This document shows, one piece after another, positions 1-11,588 of a stretch of DNA of 60,383 bases. The notes under the pieces were generated by a model. It ran no database searches and was not told the DNA's origin. It saw only the letters and a list, made by a program, of their open reading frames with translations. A program made the position numbers and the translations under genes. The DNA comes from Casimicrobiaceae bacterium. Its GTDB lineage: Bacteria; Pseudomonadota; Gammaproteobacteria; Burkholderiales; Casimicrobiaceae. The stretch is taken from assembly GCA_035278845.1 (NCBI GenBank), contig DATEIQ010000079.1, positions 1 through 60,383 on the forward strand. Direction: 5' to 3'. Every line of letters starts with the position of its first letter. Within the stretch, counting starts at the first letter, position 1.

Positions 1-767
1 TTGCGTTCGCACGCGAAGGCCTGTTTCCACTGGCGCTCGGCGGTACGGCGGTCGGCACCGGACTCAATGCCCATCCGAGCTTTGGCGACAACGTGGCAGC
101 CGCGATCGCACGCGAAACCGGCGAACCGTTCGTCGCTGCGCCGAACAAGTTTGCGGCGCTTTCCGCGCACGATGCGATCGTCAATGTCAGCTCGGCGTTG
201 CGCACGCTGGCCGGTGCGCTGATGAAAATCGCCAACGACGTGCGCTGGCACGCCAGTGGACCGCGCGCGGGCTTGAGCGAGATCACGATACCCGACAACG
301 AGCCCGGATCGTCGATCATGCCGGGCAAGATCAATCCGACGCAGTGCGAGGCGCTTACGATGGTAACCGTGCGCGTCTTCGGCAACGACGCGGCGGTGGC
401 ATTTGCGGGCAGCCAAGGCAATTTCCAGCTCAACGTCTACAAGCCGGTGATGCTGCACGGCGTGCTCGAATCGATCGACCTGCTCGCCGACGCGATGAGC
501 TCGTTCGACGTTCGCTGCGCGCAGGGCATCGAGCCCAATTTCGACGCCATCCGCGCCAATGTCGAACGCTCGCTGATGCTCGTCACCGCGCTCAATCCCC
601 ACATCGGCTACGAGAATGCTGCGAAGATCGCGCTCACCGCGCACCGCGAAGGATCCAGCCTGCGGGAGGCAGCGTTGAAGCTCGGCCTCGTGTCCGCCGA
701 GGATTTCGATCGCTGGGTCGATCCTGCCGCGATGACGCACCCTTCGACTTCGGGGTCAGAGCAATAG
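1..767 (+). CDS. fumC: Class II fumarate hydratase, 5'-truncated by window edge
   Basis: Frame open from nt 3 ([13 protein letters not shown]); signature [15 protein letters not shown]; [15 protein letters not shown]. Last residues TSGSEQ and the stop lie in the repeat. Confidence 0.95.
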   Translation, partial: AFAREGLFPLALGGTAVGTGLNAHPSFGDNVAAAIARETGEPFVAAPNKFAALSAHDAIVNVSSALRTLAGALMKIANDVRWHASGPRAGLSEITIPDNEPGSSIMPGKINPTQCEALTMVTVRVFGNDAAVAFAGSQGNFQLNVYKPVMLHGVLESIDLLADAMSSFDVRCAQGIEPNFDAIRANVERSLMLVTALNPHIGYENAAKIALTAHREGSSLREAALKLGLVSAEDFDRWVDPAAMTHPSTSGSEQ

Positions 768-906
768 GTCGACTTCGGGGTCAGAGCAATAAGTCACGCG
801 GCCAGTATTTTGACTTCGGCTGACAGGTCGTCGCGTGACTTATTGCTCTGACCCCGAAGTCAAGCGCGACTTATTGCTCTGACCCCGAAGTCCGGACCCC
901 GAAGTC
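746..906. repeat. Composite palindromic repeat element (REP/REPIN-like), copy 1
   Basis: Direct 25-nt units 746-770 and 771-795, 41-nt core 796-836, inverted units 837-861 and 868-892 separated by AAGCGC, then a partial GACCCCGAAGTC ending at 906. Confidence 0.95.
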
Positions 907-919
907 CGATCACACCGGC

Positions 920-1102
920 ATGCGCATCGTTGCGCTGACCTTCGGCACCGAGCGTGAATCGCGGCCGATGATCGCGCTGTGTCGCGGCCGGCGCGACGCG
1001 GGGCACGACGTCATGCTGCTCGCCGAGCGCTCGGCCCACTCGTATGCCCAGTCGCTCGGCGTCGCCAACGGGATCGAGCGCGTCGAGCGCTTGGTCGGTT
1101 AG
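920..1102 (+). pseudogene. Glycosyltransferase (GT-B/GT1-like) remnant
   Basis: 60 aa MRIVALTFGTERESRPMIALCRGRRDAGHDVMLLA resembles a GT1 N-terminus, but the ORF is far too short for a GT-B fold. Confidence 0.6.
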
Positions 1103-1118
1103 AATCGCGCTCCGCCCC

Positions 1119-2681
1119 ATGGAGACGCAACCTTACGACCTGCTCGTCGTCGGCGGCGGCATCAACGGCGCTGGCATCGCGCGCGACGCCGCCGGGCGTG
1201 GCCTGTCGGTTCTGCTGGTCGAACAGGACGATCTCGCCGCGCACACGTCGTCGTGGAGTACCAAGCTGATCCACGGCGGGCTGCGCTACCTCGAGCACTA
1301 CGAATTCCGTCTTGTCGGAGAAGCGCTCGCAGAGCGCGAAGTGCTGCTGCGTGCCGCGCCGCACATCATCGAGCCACTGCTCTTCGTGCTGCCGCACGAG
1401 CCGCACCTGCGGCCGGCGTGGATGATCCGCGCCGGACTGTTTCTGTACGACCGTCTCGGCGGTCGGATGACACTGCCCAAGTCGTTTGGCGTCAATTTCG
1501 ACAGCACGCGCTACGGCGCCGGCCTCAAGCCGCGCTTCCACCGCGGTTTCGCGTACGCCGATGCGCGCGTCGACGATGCCCGTCTCGTCGTCTGCAATGC
1601 GCTCGACGCGCGGGAGCGCGGCGCCGACATTCGCGTGCGGACGCGCCTCGCCGCGGCACGCCGCGAGAACGGTCTGTGGCATGCGACGCTCGACACGCGC
1701 GACGGTGAGACACACGAAGTCACGGCGCGCGCTCTCGTCAACGCCGCGGGCCCGTGGGTGTGCGAGGTTCTCGACGACGTGAGCGACACGCCCACCAAGG
1801 CGCGTGTTCGGCACGTGAAGGGCAGCCACATCGTCGTGCCGCGCGTGCACGCCGAACCGCACGCATACATCCTGCAAAACGCCGACAACCGCATCGTCTT
1901 CATCATTCCATACCTGGAGCGCTACTCGCTGATCGGCACCACCGACGTACCGGTGCAAAGCTACGATCATCCCTCCATCAGCGAGGAGGAGACGTTCTAT
2001 CTGCTGACGCTCGCCAACACGTACCTCGAGCGCCCGCTGGCCAACGACGACATCGTCTGGAGCTACAGCGGCGTGCGCCCTTTGTACGACGACGGCACCA
2101 GCGATCCGTCGGCCGTGACGCGGGATTACGTGCTCAAGGTCGATGGCGCGCGCAACGGCGCACGCGAGGCGCGTCCACCGGTGCTTTCGGTGTTCGGCGG
2201 CAAGATCACGACCTATCGCAAGCTGGCCGAGGCCGCGCTCGCCGACCTTGCGCGGTACTTTCCGCAGATGAAGCCCGCCTGGACGCACGACGGCGTACTG
2301 CCGGGCGGCGACCTGCCGGGCGCTGACCGCGACGCCTGGCATGCGGAGCTCACCCGCCTGTATCCGCAATTGCCGGCCGATCTGCTTCGCGATCTCGCGC
2401 ATCGTCACGGCACGCGCGCGCCGCGCGTTCTCGGCGACGCGAAGACGCCCGCCGACATGGGCGAGGCGTTCGGCGCGGGCCTGACCGAGCGCGAGATCGA
2501 TTACCTGCGGCGTGAGGAATGGGCGGTGTCGGCCGACGACATTCTCTGGCGGCGCACGAAATGCGGCCTTCCGATGACGGTTGCGCAGCGCGAACGCGTC
2601 GCTTCGTACGTCGGCCAAGTCGGTGGGTCCGCTGCTGCGCATGGCAGGAGCAGGCCGGTGAGTCCGCCGCAGCACATGTGA
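1119..2681 (+). CDS. glpD: FAD-dependent glycerol-3-phosphate dehydrogenase
   Basis: DLLVVGGGINGAGIARDAAGRG, TSSWSTKLIHGGLRYLE, GGKITTYR, DILWRRTK motifs. Confidence 0.95.
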   Translation: METQPYDLLVVGGGINGAGIARDAAGRGLSVLLVEQDDLAAHTSSWSTKLIHGGLRYLEHYEFRLVGEALAEREVLLRAAPHIIEPLLFVLPHEPHLRPAWMIRAGLFLYDRLGGRMTLPKSFGVNFDSTRYGAGLKPRFHRGFAYADARVDDARLVVCNALDARERGADIRVRTRLAAARRENGLWHATLDTRDGETHEVTARALVNAAGPWVCEVLDDVSDTPTKARVRHVKGSHIVVPRVHAEPHAYILQNADNRIVFIIPYLERYSLIGTTDVPVQSYDHPSISEEETFYLLTLANTYLERPLANDDIVWSYSGVRPLYDDGTSDPSAVTRDYVLKVDGARNGAREARPPVLSVFGGKITTYRKLAEAALADLARYFPQMKPAWTHDGVLPGGDLPGADRDAWHAELTRLYPQLPADLLRDLAHRHGTRAPRVLGDAKTPADMGEAFGAGLTEREIDYLRREEWAVSADDILWRRTKCGLPMTVAQRERVASYVGQVGGSAAAHGRSRPVSPPQHM

Positions 2682-2741
2682 TGAGCACCCTGTGAATCCG
2701 CAGCCGCACATGACATGAGCACCCAGTGAATCCGCAGCCGC
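2623..2741 (+). repeat. Tandem ~34-nt repeat at the glpD/HAD junction
   Basis: Units start at 2623, 2658, 2692 and 2726 (GTGRRTCCGC-GC-GC-CATG--A-GAGCA); the last unit is the HAD gene start. Confidence 0.85.
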
Positions 2742-3523
2742 TCGCGACGATGTCCGAACGCGCGCGCCGCGCCATCCGCGGCGTGCTGACCGACATCGAT
2801 GACACGCTCACGACCGACGGCAAGCTGACGGCCGACGCGTATGCGGCGCTCGAACGGTTGCGCGCGGCCGGCAAGCGGGTGATCCCGGTCACCGGCCGTC
2901 CCGCCGGCTGGTGCGATCACATCGCGCGAATGTGGCCGGTGGATGCGGTCGTCGGCGAGAACGGCGCTTTCTACATGCATTACGACGCGCGCCAACGAAC
3001 ACTCGTGCGGCGCTTCGTCGCGTCCGATACCGAACGCGAAGCGCAACGAACGAAGCTCGCAGCAATCGGCATGCGCATCCTGCAGTCGGTGCCAGGCAGC
3101 GCCCTCGCCTCCGACCAGCACTATCGCGAAACCGATCTCGCGATCGACTACTGCGAAGACGTGCCGCCGCTGCCTCGCGCCGATGTCGATCGCATCGTCG
3201 CGCTGATGCAAGACGCCGGCATGACCGCCAAGGTGAGCTCGATCCACGTCAACGGCTGGTTCGGCACTTACGACAAGCTTGCGATGACGCGCACGATGAT
3301 GCGCGAGCTGTTCGACGTGAACCTCGATGCCGCACGCGATTCGTTCGCGTTCGCCGGCGATTCGCCGAACGACGCACCGATGTTCGCGTACTTCCCGAAC
3401 GCCGTCGGCGTGGCCAATCTGCGCCGCTTTCTCGACCGCGTCGCGACGCCACCGGCGTACATCACCACGCGCGAATCGGGCGCGGGCTTCGGCGAGCTCG
3501 TCGACTTCCTGCTCGCGCCCTAG
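2726..3523 (+). CDS. HAD-superfamily IIB hydrolase
   Basis: Motif I TDIDDTLT, VTGR, GENG, K, GDSPND. Confidence 0.88.
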   Translation: MNPQPLATMSERARRAIRGVLTDIDDTLTTDGKLTADAYAALERLRAAGKRVIPVTGRPAGWCDHIARMWPVDAVVGENGAFYMHYDARQRTLVRRFVASDTEREAQRTKLAAIGMRILQSVPGSALASDQHYRETDLAIDYCEDVPPLPRADVDRIVALMQDAGMTAKVSSIHVNGWFGTYDKLAMTRTMMRELFDVNLDAARDSFAFAGDSPNDAPMFAYFPNAVGVANLRRFLDRVATPPAYITTRESGAGFGELVDFLLAP

Positions 3524-3544
3524 ATCTCCGGGGCCCATGGCGCC

Positions 3545-3596
3545 GACTTCGCTGACACCGACGCCGGGTCGAGACTTATTGCTCTGACTCGCAGTC
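3545..3596. repeat. Degenerate copy of the 25-nt repeat family
   Basis: GACTTATTGCTCTGACTCGCAGTC at 3573-3596 plus core-like GACTTCGCTGACA at 3545; between convergent genes. Confidence 0.75.
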
Positions 3597-3599
3597 GGA

Positions 3600-4355
3600 T
3601 CACACGCGGGCCGTTCCGGGTTCCGGCACGCCGATCTCGGGCAGCGTCAGGAAGCCGAGCAGCAATCCGCTCACCGTCGCGATGGCAACCGTAATTGCAA
3701 CCGTGCAGATGACGATCACCACCGTGTAGCCGAGCGTTCGGTCGCGGGTCGCCTGCATCAACACCGGCAGCCCGGTGTAGAGCAGATACAGCCCGTAGAG
3801 GCCAAGCAGGCTTGCGATGGCGCCGAGCGCCGGCAGGATCGTGAGCGCCGCCGCGACCCACGCGGGCGTGAAGCTATACGCCGTGATTTGCAGCGCCCGG
3901 ACCGGATTCTTCCGGCCGCCGAACGTCGGTGCCAGCGCATTCACGATCAGGGCGACGACGAGCACGGCCGCGAACTGCAATGCGAAATGCAAGATCGCGC
4001 CGGCCAGCGCGGCGCCCGGCCCGAGCGGGATGTTTCCGTAGGGCACCGCCGGGATGCCGACCAGCCACGCACCGACACTCGACGCGATTGCACCGACGGC
4101 GGCCAGCGGCGCGACGTAGCGAAGGTAGATGTCGGCCCGGCGGGGCGTTTCGGCAGCGATCAGCGGCCATTCCCGTCGCGGCGCCAGCAGGATCCCTCGC
4201 ACGCGCGCGACGAGTTGGCCGAGCGGCGTTCCCGGCGGTTCGGGGGCTCCTGGCCGTTCGCCCGCACGATAGTCCGGAGCAGGTGGCGGAACGTCGGGTT
4301 CGTTCGTGATCGCGAGGAGGGGTTGAGAGCGCGCATGGAGATCGCCAGTCGGCAT
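3600..4355 (-). CDS. Yip1-domain membrane protein (start uncertain)
   Basis: ARVRGILLAPRREWPLIAAE, ALAPTFGG, AYSFTPAWVA, YGLYLLYTGLPVLM; several hydrophobic segments. Confidence 0.85.
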   Translation of the reverse strand: MPTGDLHARSQPLLAITNEPDVPPPAPDYRAGERPGAPEPPGTPLGQLVARVRGILLAPRREWPLIAAETPRRADIYLRYVAPLAAVGAIASSVGAWLVGIPAVPYGNIPLGPGAALAGAILHFALQFAAVLVVALIVNALAPTFGGRKNPVRALQITAYSFTPAWVAAALTILPALGAIASLLGLYGLYLLYTGLPVLMQATRDRTLGYTVVIVICTVAITVAIATVSGLLLGFLTLPEIGVPEPGTARV

Positions 4356-4671
4356 ACCGGAATTTACGCACGAGGTGGCGTAAGCAGTCAGTGAGTTACG
4401 CAACGCGCGCATTCCAGGGTCAGAAGTCTTGTCCACGTCGGCATCGTACGCGGTGATGAGTCAGTGGTCGCTCACTGTCAGCAAGATGATCGTAAAACCG
4501 TGCGACAAATGACCGTCAGCGCCAACAAACGTTGCGTACCCACCGGGCCGAATCCGACCGCCTGGCATCCGGATGTCATAACGGTACAGGACTTGCACAA
4601 GGGAACGCCCCGGCGCCCAGTCAGTGCACGAATCGGCGCATGGGACGACAGATCGCGAGGAGGAAACAACC

Positions 4672-4902
4672 ATGCTTCGTTACGGATTCACAATCCGCAC
4701 CCGGATGGGCCAGCGGGTCGAGAACGTCTCGATCATCGCCGCCTCGCAACTCGACGCCGAGCGACGGCTCCGCCAAATGTACGTCCAGTGCGAAATCATG
4801 GAGTGCCGCGAGCGGTCGATCCCGCGCCGCTTCGAGGCCGCCAACGGCCACATGATCGACCTGCGCGCCATCAGCCCGCCGACCATCCAGCACATGGGCT
4901 GA
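4672..4902 (+). CDS. Small hypothetical protein (76 aa)
   Basis: Strong RBS GAGGAGG upstream of ATG 4672; GC3-rich codons; followed by a terminator. Confidence 0.75.
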   Translation: MLRYGFTIRTRMGQRVENVSIIAASQLDAERRLRQMYVQCEIMECRERSIPRRFEAANGHMIDLRAISPPTIQHMG

Positions 4903-4928
4903 ACGGCGGTATCGAAACCTCCGAAGAC

Positions 4929-4963
4929 AAAAACGCGGGCTCGAGGCCCGCGTTTCTTTTTTC
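4929..4963 (+). terminator. Intrinsic terminator, possibly bidirectional
   Basis: Stem AAACGCGGGC (4931-4940) / GCCCGCGTTT (4946-4955), T-tract after and A-tract before. Confidence 0.85.
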
Positions 4964-5230
4964 TGGGTGCGCGGTGATTAACCGCCGTTCTTGCCTTTGC
5001 CGTTTCCGTGTCCGTTCGCGTTGCCGCTTCCGGCCCCCTTCCCCGATACGACGTCAGCCCCGTCACCGCCGGCTGCAGTGACGACACCCGCCCCCATCGT
5101 GGCATCGTGCGATTCGCCAGGACGGTCGTCGGCATCGGTGATCCGGCCGACGCGCGGCGACAGTCCTCTGCGAAAAGGGGCACGCTCGCCACGGCGTATC
5201 ATCCCGGTCTCCCCACGCGGTTTCCGCTCG

Positions 5231-6619
5231 ATGGCTTCACCGCTCGATGTCGTAATCCTGGCCGCCGGCCAGGGCAAGCGCATGCACTCCGACGTGCCCA
5301 AGGTGCTGCACCGGATCGCCGGCCGTCCCCTTGCTTCCCACGTGCTGGCCACGATGCGTTCGCTTTCGCCGCGTACGATGGCGCTGGTCGTCGGGTACGG
5401 CGCCGAAGCCGTCGAGCGCGAACTCGCGGCTCCCGACCTCGTCTTCGTGCGCCAGGATCCGCCGCGCGGCACCGGTGATGCGGCGCGCGTCGCGCTCGCC
5501 GCCCTGCCTGCGGACGGCGTGACGCTGGTGGGCCTGGGCGACGTGCCGCTGGTCCCGGCCGAAGCGCTTGCGCGATTGATCGCGATCGCACGCAAAGGCC
5601 GCGTCGGCATCCTCTCGGCGCGTGTGCGCGAGCCGTTCGGACTCGGGCGCGTCATTCGCTCGCCGGAGGGTAACGTCGCTGCGGTTATCGAGGAGCGCGA
5701 CGCCACGCCCGAGCAGCGAACGCTGGACGAGATCAATACCGGATTCATCGCGGCGCCCACGCCATTGCTGAAAGGATGGGTCGAGCGCCTGACGCCGCAC
5801 AACGCGCAGGGCGAGTATTACCTGACCGACATCGTGGCGATGGCCGTCGCCGATCGTGTGCCGGTTGAAGCGGAGACGGTCACCGACGAGGCCTCCGTTC
5901 TCGGCGTCAACGATCGGGCGCAGCTCGCCGAGCTCGAGCGCATCGTGCAACGGCGAATGGCGGACGCGCTGATGCGCGACGGAACGTCGATCGTCGATCC
6001 GGCGCGCATCGACATCCGCGGCGACCTATCGTGCGGCCGCGACGTGAGCATCGACGTCGGCTGCGTTTTCGAGGGCACCGTCCGACTCGACGACGGCGCG
6101 AGCATCGGCCCGTATTGCGTGCTGCGCGACGTCAGCGTCGGCCCAGCGACTCGCATCGAGGCCTATTCGCATTTCGATTCGGCGCAGATCGGGCGCAACT
6201 GCCGCATCGGGCCTTTCGCACGTCTGCGACCCGGCACGAAGCTTGCTGAAGACGTTCACATCGGCAATTTCGTCGAAGTGAAGGCGAGCACGCTCGGCGC
6301 AGGTTCCAAGGCCAACCACCTCGCGTACGTCGGCGATGCGGTATTCGGCAGCCGCGTGAACTACGGCGCGGGATCGATCACCGCGAATTACGACGGCGCG
6401 AACAAGCATCGCTCCGTGCTCGGCGACGATGTGCACATCGGCTCGAATTGCGTGCTCGTCGCGCCGATCACGATCGGCGACGGCGCGACGATCGGCGGCG
6501 GGAGTACGATCGTGCAGGAAGCGCCGGCGGGACAGTTGACGGTCGCGCGTGCGCGCCAGGTGACGATTTCGCGCTGGCAACGTCCGCGCAAGAAGCCGAA
6601 AGCGGATCAGGGAGCGTAA
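5231..6619 (+). CDS. glmU: Bifunctional UDP-GlcNAc pyrophosphorylase / glucosamine-1-P acetyltransferase
   Basis: [44 protein letters not shown] hexapeptide domain. Confidence 0.97.
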   Translation: MASPLDVVILAAGQGKRMHSDVPKVLHRIAGRPLASHVLATMRSLSPRTMALVVGYGAEAVERELAAPDLVFVRQDPPRGTGDAARVALAALPADGVTLVGLGDVPLVPAEALARLIAIARKGRVGILSARVREPFGLGRVIRSPEGNVAAVIEERDATPEQRTLDEINTGFIAAPTPLLKGWVERLTPHNAQGEYYLTDIVAMAVADRVPVEAETVTDEASVLGVNDRAQLAELERIVQRRMADALMRDGTSIVDPARIDIRGDLSCGRDVSIDVGCVFEGTVRLDDGASIGPYCVLRDVSVGPATRIEAYSHFDSAQIGRNCRIGPFARLRPGTKLAEDVHIGNFVEVKASTLGAGSKANHLAYVGDAVFGSRVNYGAGSITANYDGANKHRSVLGDDVHIGSNCVLVAPITIGDGATIGGGSTIVQEAPAGQLTVARARQVTISRWQRPRKKPKADQGA

Positions 6620-6621
6620 TC

Positions 6622-8460
6622 ATGTGCGGCATCGTCGGTGCAACGTCGGATCGCAACGTCGTCCCGATCCTGATCGAGGGCATTCGCCGCCTCGAGTATC
6701 GCGGCTACGATTCGACCGGTCTGGCTGTCGTCAATGGCGGCGTGAGCCCGATCCTCGAGCGGCTGGTCTCGACGGCGCGCGTCGCAGATCTCGCCGCGCA
6801 GGCCGATGCGCTGCATCTGAAGGCGACCACCGGTATCTCGCATACTCGCTGGGCCACGCACGGCGCGCCGACGTCCGACAACGCACATCCGCACCTCTCC
6901 GGCGGCGAAATTGCGGTCGTGCACAACGGCATCATTGAGAACTTCGAGCAGCTGCGCGACCAGCTCAAGGCGCGCGGCTACGTGTTCCGCACGCAGACCG
7001 ACACCGAGGTCATCGCTCATCTCGTGCACGCCTACTGGCATGGCGAAGGCGGCGGCGATCTTTTGGCTGCGGTCCAGCATGCGGTCACGGAATTCAAAGG
7101 CGCCTACGCGATCGCTGTGATCTCGACGCGCGAGCGCGGACGCGTGATCGGGGCACGCCAGGGCAGCCCGCTCCTCGTCGGCATCGGCGACCACGATCAT
7201 TTCCTCGCCTCCGACGCATCGGCGCTGTTGCCGGTCACGCGTCGCGTCGCGTATCTCGAAGAGGGCGACGTTGCCGACGTGCGACGCGAGTCGTATGCGA
7301 TCTTCGACGCGAAGGGTAAGCGCGTCGAGCGCACCGTGATCGAGGTACAGGGGAGCGGCGACGCCGTCGAGCTCGGCCCTTACCAGCATTACATGCAGAA
7401 GGAGATCTTCGAACAACCGCGCGCGGTGGCCGACACGCTCGATGGCGTCGCGGAGATCACGCCTGCGTTGTTCGGACCGAAGGCGGCAGAGATCCTGCCG
7501 CAGGTCGATTCGGTGCTCGTGCTCGCGTGCGGAACCAGCTACTACTCGAGCCTCGTCGCGAAGCAGTGGATCGAGACGATTGCCAAGCTGCCCTGCTCGG
7601 TCGAGATCGCGAGCGAATACCGTTATCGCGACAGCGTACCGAATCGCAACGCGCTGGTGATGGTCGTGTCGCAGTCGGGCGAAACCGCCGACACGCTGGC
7701 GGCGCTCAAGCATGCGAAGGAGCTGGGCCACCGGCACACGCTCGCGATCTGCAACGTGCCGACAAGCTCGATGGTGCGGCAGACCGAGATGGTGTTCCTG
7801 ACGCGCGCGGGTACAGAAGTGGGCGTGGCCTCGACGAAGGCGTTCACGACGCAGCTCACGGCGCAGTTTCTATTGGCGCTGACGCTCGCGAAGGTGCGCG
7901 GTCATCTGCCACTGGAGCAGGAAGAGAGCTGCATGGATGCGCTGCGCCACATTCCGGCCGCGATCCGCGGCGCGCTGGCGCTCGAGCCGCATCTGATCGG
8001 ATGGGCGCAGCAGTTCGCGAAGCGGCAGCATGCGCTGTTCCTCGGCCGCGGCCTGCACTACCCGATCGCGCTGGAAGGCGCGCTGAAGCTCAAGGAAATC
8101 TCGTACATCCACGCCGAGGCGTACCCGGCGGGCGAGCTCAAGCACGGTCCGCTCGCGCTCGTCGATGCGCAGATGCCGGTGGTCGCGATCGCGCCCAACG
8201 ACGCGTTGCTCGAAAAGCTCAAGTCGAATTTGCAGGAAGTGCGGGCGCGCGGTGGTGAGCTGTACGTCGTCGCGGATCTCGATTCGCATTTGACAGCGGG
8301 TGACGGGATTCACCTGATCCGCGTCGCCGAGCATCGCGGCCTGCTGTCGCCGATCGTGCACGTCGTGCCGCTGCAGCTGCTCGCGTATCACACGGCGGTG
8401 CTGCGCGGGACGGATGTCGACAAGCCGCGGAATCTGGCGAAGAGCGTGACGGTGGAGTAG
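6622..8460 (+). CDS. glmS: Glutamine-fructose-6-phosphate transaminase
   Basis: [23 protein letters not shown]-terminal [13 protein letters not shown]. Confidence 0.98.
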   Translation: MCGIVGATSDRNVVPILIEGIRRLEYRGYDSTGLAVVNGGVSPILERLVSTARVADLAAQADALHLKATTGISHTRWATHGAPTSDNAHPHLSGGEIAVVHNGIIENFEQLRDQLKARGYVFRTQTDTEVIAHLVHAYWHGEGGGDLLAAVQHAVTEFKGAYAIAVISTRERGRVIGARQGSPLLVGIGDHDHFLASDASALLPVTRRVAYLEEGDVADVRRESYAIFDAKGKRVERTVIEVQGSGDAVELGPYQHYMQKEIFEQPRAVADTLDGVAEITPALFGPKAAEILPQVDSVLVLACGTSYYSSLVAKQWIETIAKLPCSVEIASEYRYRDSVPNRNALVMVVSQSGETADTLAALKHAKELGHRHTLAICNVPTSSMVRQTEMVFLTRAGTEVGVASTKAFTTQLTAQFLLALTLAKVRGHLPLEQEESCMDALRHIPAAIRGALALEPHLIGWAQQFAKRQHALFLGRGLHYPIALEGALKLKEISYIHAEAYPAGELKHGPLALVDAQMPVVAIAPNDALLEKLKSNLQEVRARGGELYVVADLDSHLTAGDGIHLIRVAEHRGLLSPIVHVVPLQLLAYHTAVLRGTDVDKPRNLAKSVTVE

Positions 8461-8525
8461 TCGGTCCGGCGGCAAACGAACCGGACGTAGCCTATCGGTT
8501 CGGCGGCGAGCGAACGGGACGAACC

Positions 8526-8535
<10 letters not shown>
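8458..8535. repeat. Degenerate 34-nt tandem repeat between convergent stops
   Basis: Units at 8458, 8492 and 8526 share TCGGTYC; the first two also share GGCGGC-A-CGAAC-GGACG. Confidence 0.65.
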
Positions 8536-9515
<980 letters not shown>

Positions 9516-9683
9516 GCTCCTCCTGGTTCGTCAATCGGTCGATCATAATGGTTCACGTGCGGTGACTGGAACCAACATCACCGCGCGGCCGGGCGGCTAC
9601 AATTTCCCGTGGGCGTGGATGTCCGGGCAAGCCGTTGGGCAAGGGGCCGGGCGCTCGACGTCCATGCGATCGAGGAGCTCCGA

Positions 9684-10373
9684 ATGCCCGCTACCGTTCT
9701 CGTGTCGGGATTGCTGTGCACACCGCAGTTCTACGCCGCGCAATTGCCGTCGCTGTGGCGTACGGGGTCGGTGCAATTCGCCAACCACACTGACGACGAG
9801 ACGATGTCGGGCCTCGCCCGCCGCATCCTCGGCGAAGCTCCGCAACGGTTCGCGCTCGTCGGCCATTCGATGGGTGGCTACATCGCGTTCGAGATGCTGC
9901 GTCAGGCGCCGCAGCGTATCGAGCGGGTCGCGTTCCTCGATACGTCGGCGTTACCCGATGTGCCGGAGCAAAGCGAGCGGCGGCGCCGCTTGATCGAGCA
10001 GGCAACGCAGGGACGGTTCGACGATGTCGCCGATGAACTCTATCCGAACCTCGTGCACCACGACCGGCGCGACGACGCGGCGCTTCGCGAGGCTGTTCGG
10101 CAAATGGCGCGCGACACGGGCGCCGCTGCGTTCATCCGCCAGGAACGCGCGATCATCTCGCGCGCCGATTCCCGTCCCACATTGGCCGCGATCCGCTGTC
10201 CGACGCTAGTCCTGGTCGGTGAGCAGGATGCGCTCACGCCCCCGGCGCGCGCCGAAGAGATTTCGCAGGGTGTCGCCGGTGCAGTTAAAGTCGTCGTGCC
10301 GGACTGCGGGCACATGTGCGCGATGGAAAGGCCGGAGGCGGTCACCGCGGCGCTCGAGCGATGGCTCGCGTGA
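9684..10373 (+). CDS. Alpha/beta hydrolase
   Basis: GHSMGG nucleophile elbow, GEQD, CGH; GAGGAG RBS. Confidence 0.9.
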   Translation: MPATVLVSGLLCTPQFYAAQLPSLWRTGSVQFANHTDDETMSGLARRILGEAPQRFALVGHSMGGYIAFEMLRQAPQRIERVAFLDTSALPDVPEQSERRRRLIEQATQGRFDDVADELYPNLVHHDRRDDAALREAVRQMARDTGAAAFIRQERAIISRADSRPTLAAIRCPTLVLVGEQDALTPPARAEEISQGVAGAVKVVVPDCGHMCAMERPEAVTAALERWLA

Positions 10374-10376
10374 CGT

Positions 10377-11588
10377 TCACCGCCGCATCGTCGGCCCTAT
10401 CGACCTCGTCTGCGGCGGCCCGCCGGCCCGATTCGCCTCGGATATGGCCGCGCCTGCGCGCAGTCGATCGAGCTTGGCCGAATACAGATCGCGGTCTTTC
10501 CGGGTCGTGCTGTTGTCGGCCGCGATCGCCATGTGCTCGCGCGCGTCGTCCATGTCGCCGAGGCCCATGTAGGCGACCGCGAGCCAGAAGTGGAACTCGT
10601 GATAGTAGGCGGCACGCGCGACTTCTTTCGCGAACATGTCGCGCGCGAGCCGGTAGTCGCCCATGTTGATCGCCGCGATGCCGCGCTTGTAGTAGCCGAA
10701 CGGCGGCTCGGGCTCCATCGAAGCGAGCTTGCGCGTCAACTCCTGCGACGCCGCCGTCTGGCCTCGCGCCATCAGCACCGAGGCGAGGTTCGACATCGCG
10801 CGCGTATTGGCCGGCTCGCGCTCGAGCACGAATTCGAGCGCCTTCTGTGCCTGCGGCAGGTTGCCGTGCGCCTGGTATACGACGCCCAGCGTGTTCACGG
10901 CGCTGAGGAAGCGCGTGTCTTGTGTAATGGCGGCGCGCGTCCACCAGTACGCCTCGTTGGCGTTGCCCGCCGTCATGTGTTCGACGGCACGGTTGTTCAT
11001 GTACATCGCGAGGATCATCGACTCGTCGAGCGCCCACGTGCGCAGGCCGCGGACGTCCTTCGGCGGCAGGAAGTCGATGACCATCGACGCGTCGCGCGGC
11101 GTGTACTCGGTCAGCGGCCGGCCGATCGACAGGTTCACATGGCCGACCGACAGGTAGAAGTCGCCGACGCGGCTCCATACCTCGTCGGTGAACACCTGCT
11201 GGTACTGCACGGGCATGCCGAGCTCTTTCGCGAACGCGGCGGTCATGATCACGAGCGACAGGCAATTGCCTGAGCGCGCGGCGAATGCCTCCGACGCATT
11301 GCGCGTCGTTTCGGCGTCGTATTCGAGCTTGAGCAGTCCCTTGTCGTAGAGCGCGTCGAAGAGCGCGCGCTGGCTGCCCTCGGTCTTGATCAGGCGCGCG
11401 ATGCCGGTCTTGACGTATGCGCGCATTTCGTCGCTGACCGCGAACACGTCGCTCGCGCTGATGCGCTCGGACGGCGGCGCGAACAGCGCGTCGTCGAACA
11501 GCGCGTCGATCTGCTGCTTCGGTGGCGCCGACGGCGTGCTGGCGCACGCGGCGAGCACGACAGTCAGCGCCAGTGCCCAGAACTTCAT
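10377..11588 (-). CDS. TPR-repeat lipoprotein with transglutaminase-like GNCLS region
   Basis: Lipobox LAAC; RSGNCLSL..GHVNL; C-terminal TPR-like helices. Confidence 0.8.
   Translation of the reverse strand: MKFWALALTVVLAACASTPSAPPKQQIDALFDDALFAPPSERISASDVFAVSDEMRAYVKTGIARLIKTEGSQRALFDALYDKGLLKLEYDAETTRNASEAFAARSGNCLSLVIMTAAFAKELGMPVQYQQVFTDEVWSRVGDFYLSVGHVNLSIGRPLTEYTPRDASMVIDFLPPKDVRGLRTWALDESMILAMYMNNRAVEHMTAGNANEAYWWTRAAITQDTRFLSAVNTLGVVYQAHGNLPQAQKALEFVLEREPANTRAMSNLASVLMARGQTAASQELTRKLASMEPEPPFGYYKRGIAAINMGDYRLARDMFAKEVARAAYYHEFHFWLAVAYMGLGDMDDAREHMAIAADNSTTRKDRDLYSAKLDRLRAGAAISEANRAGGPPQTRSIGPTMRR

Noticed and set aside
746-906. CRISPR array interpretation of the 25-nt repeats (also 43954-44100)
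   Set aside because: Units abut or are inverted, the 'spacer' is the same at both loci, and there are no cas genes or leader.
2623-2741. CRISPR interpretation of the 34-nt period array
   Set aside because: No unique spacers; the whole unit is repeated and overlaps coding sequence.
8461-8525. Tn7 insertion at attTn7 downstream of glmS
   Set aside because: No TGT...ACA ends, TnsB-site arrays or tns genes; the gap is only 65 nt.
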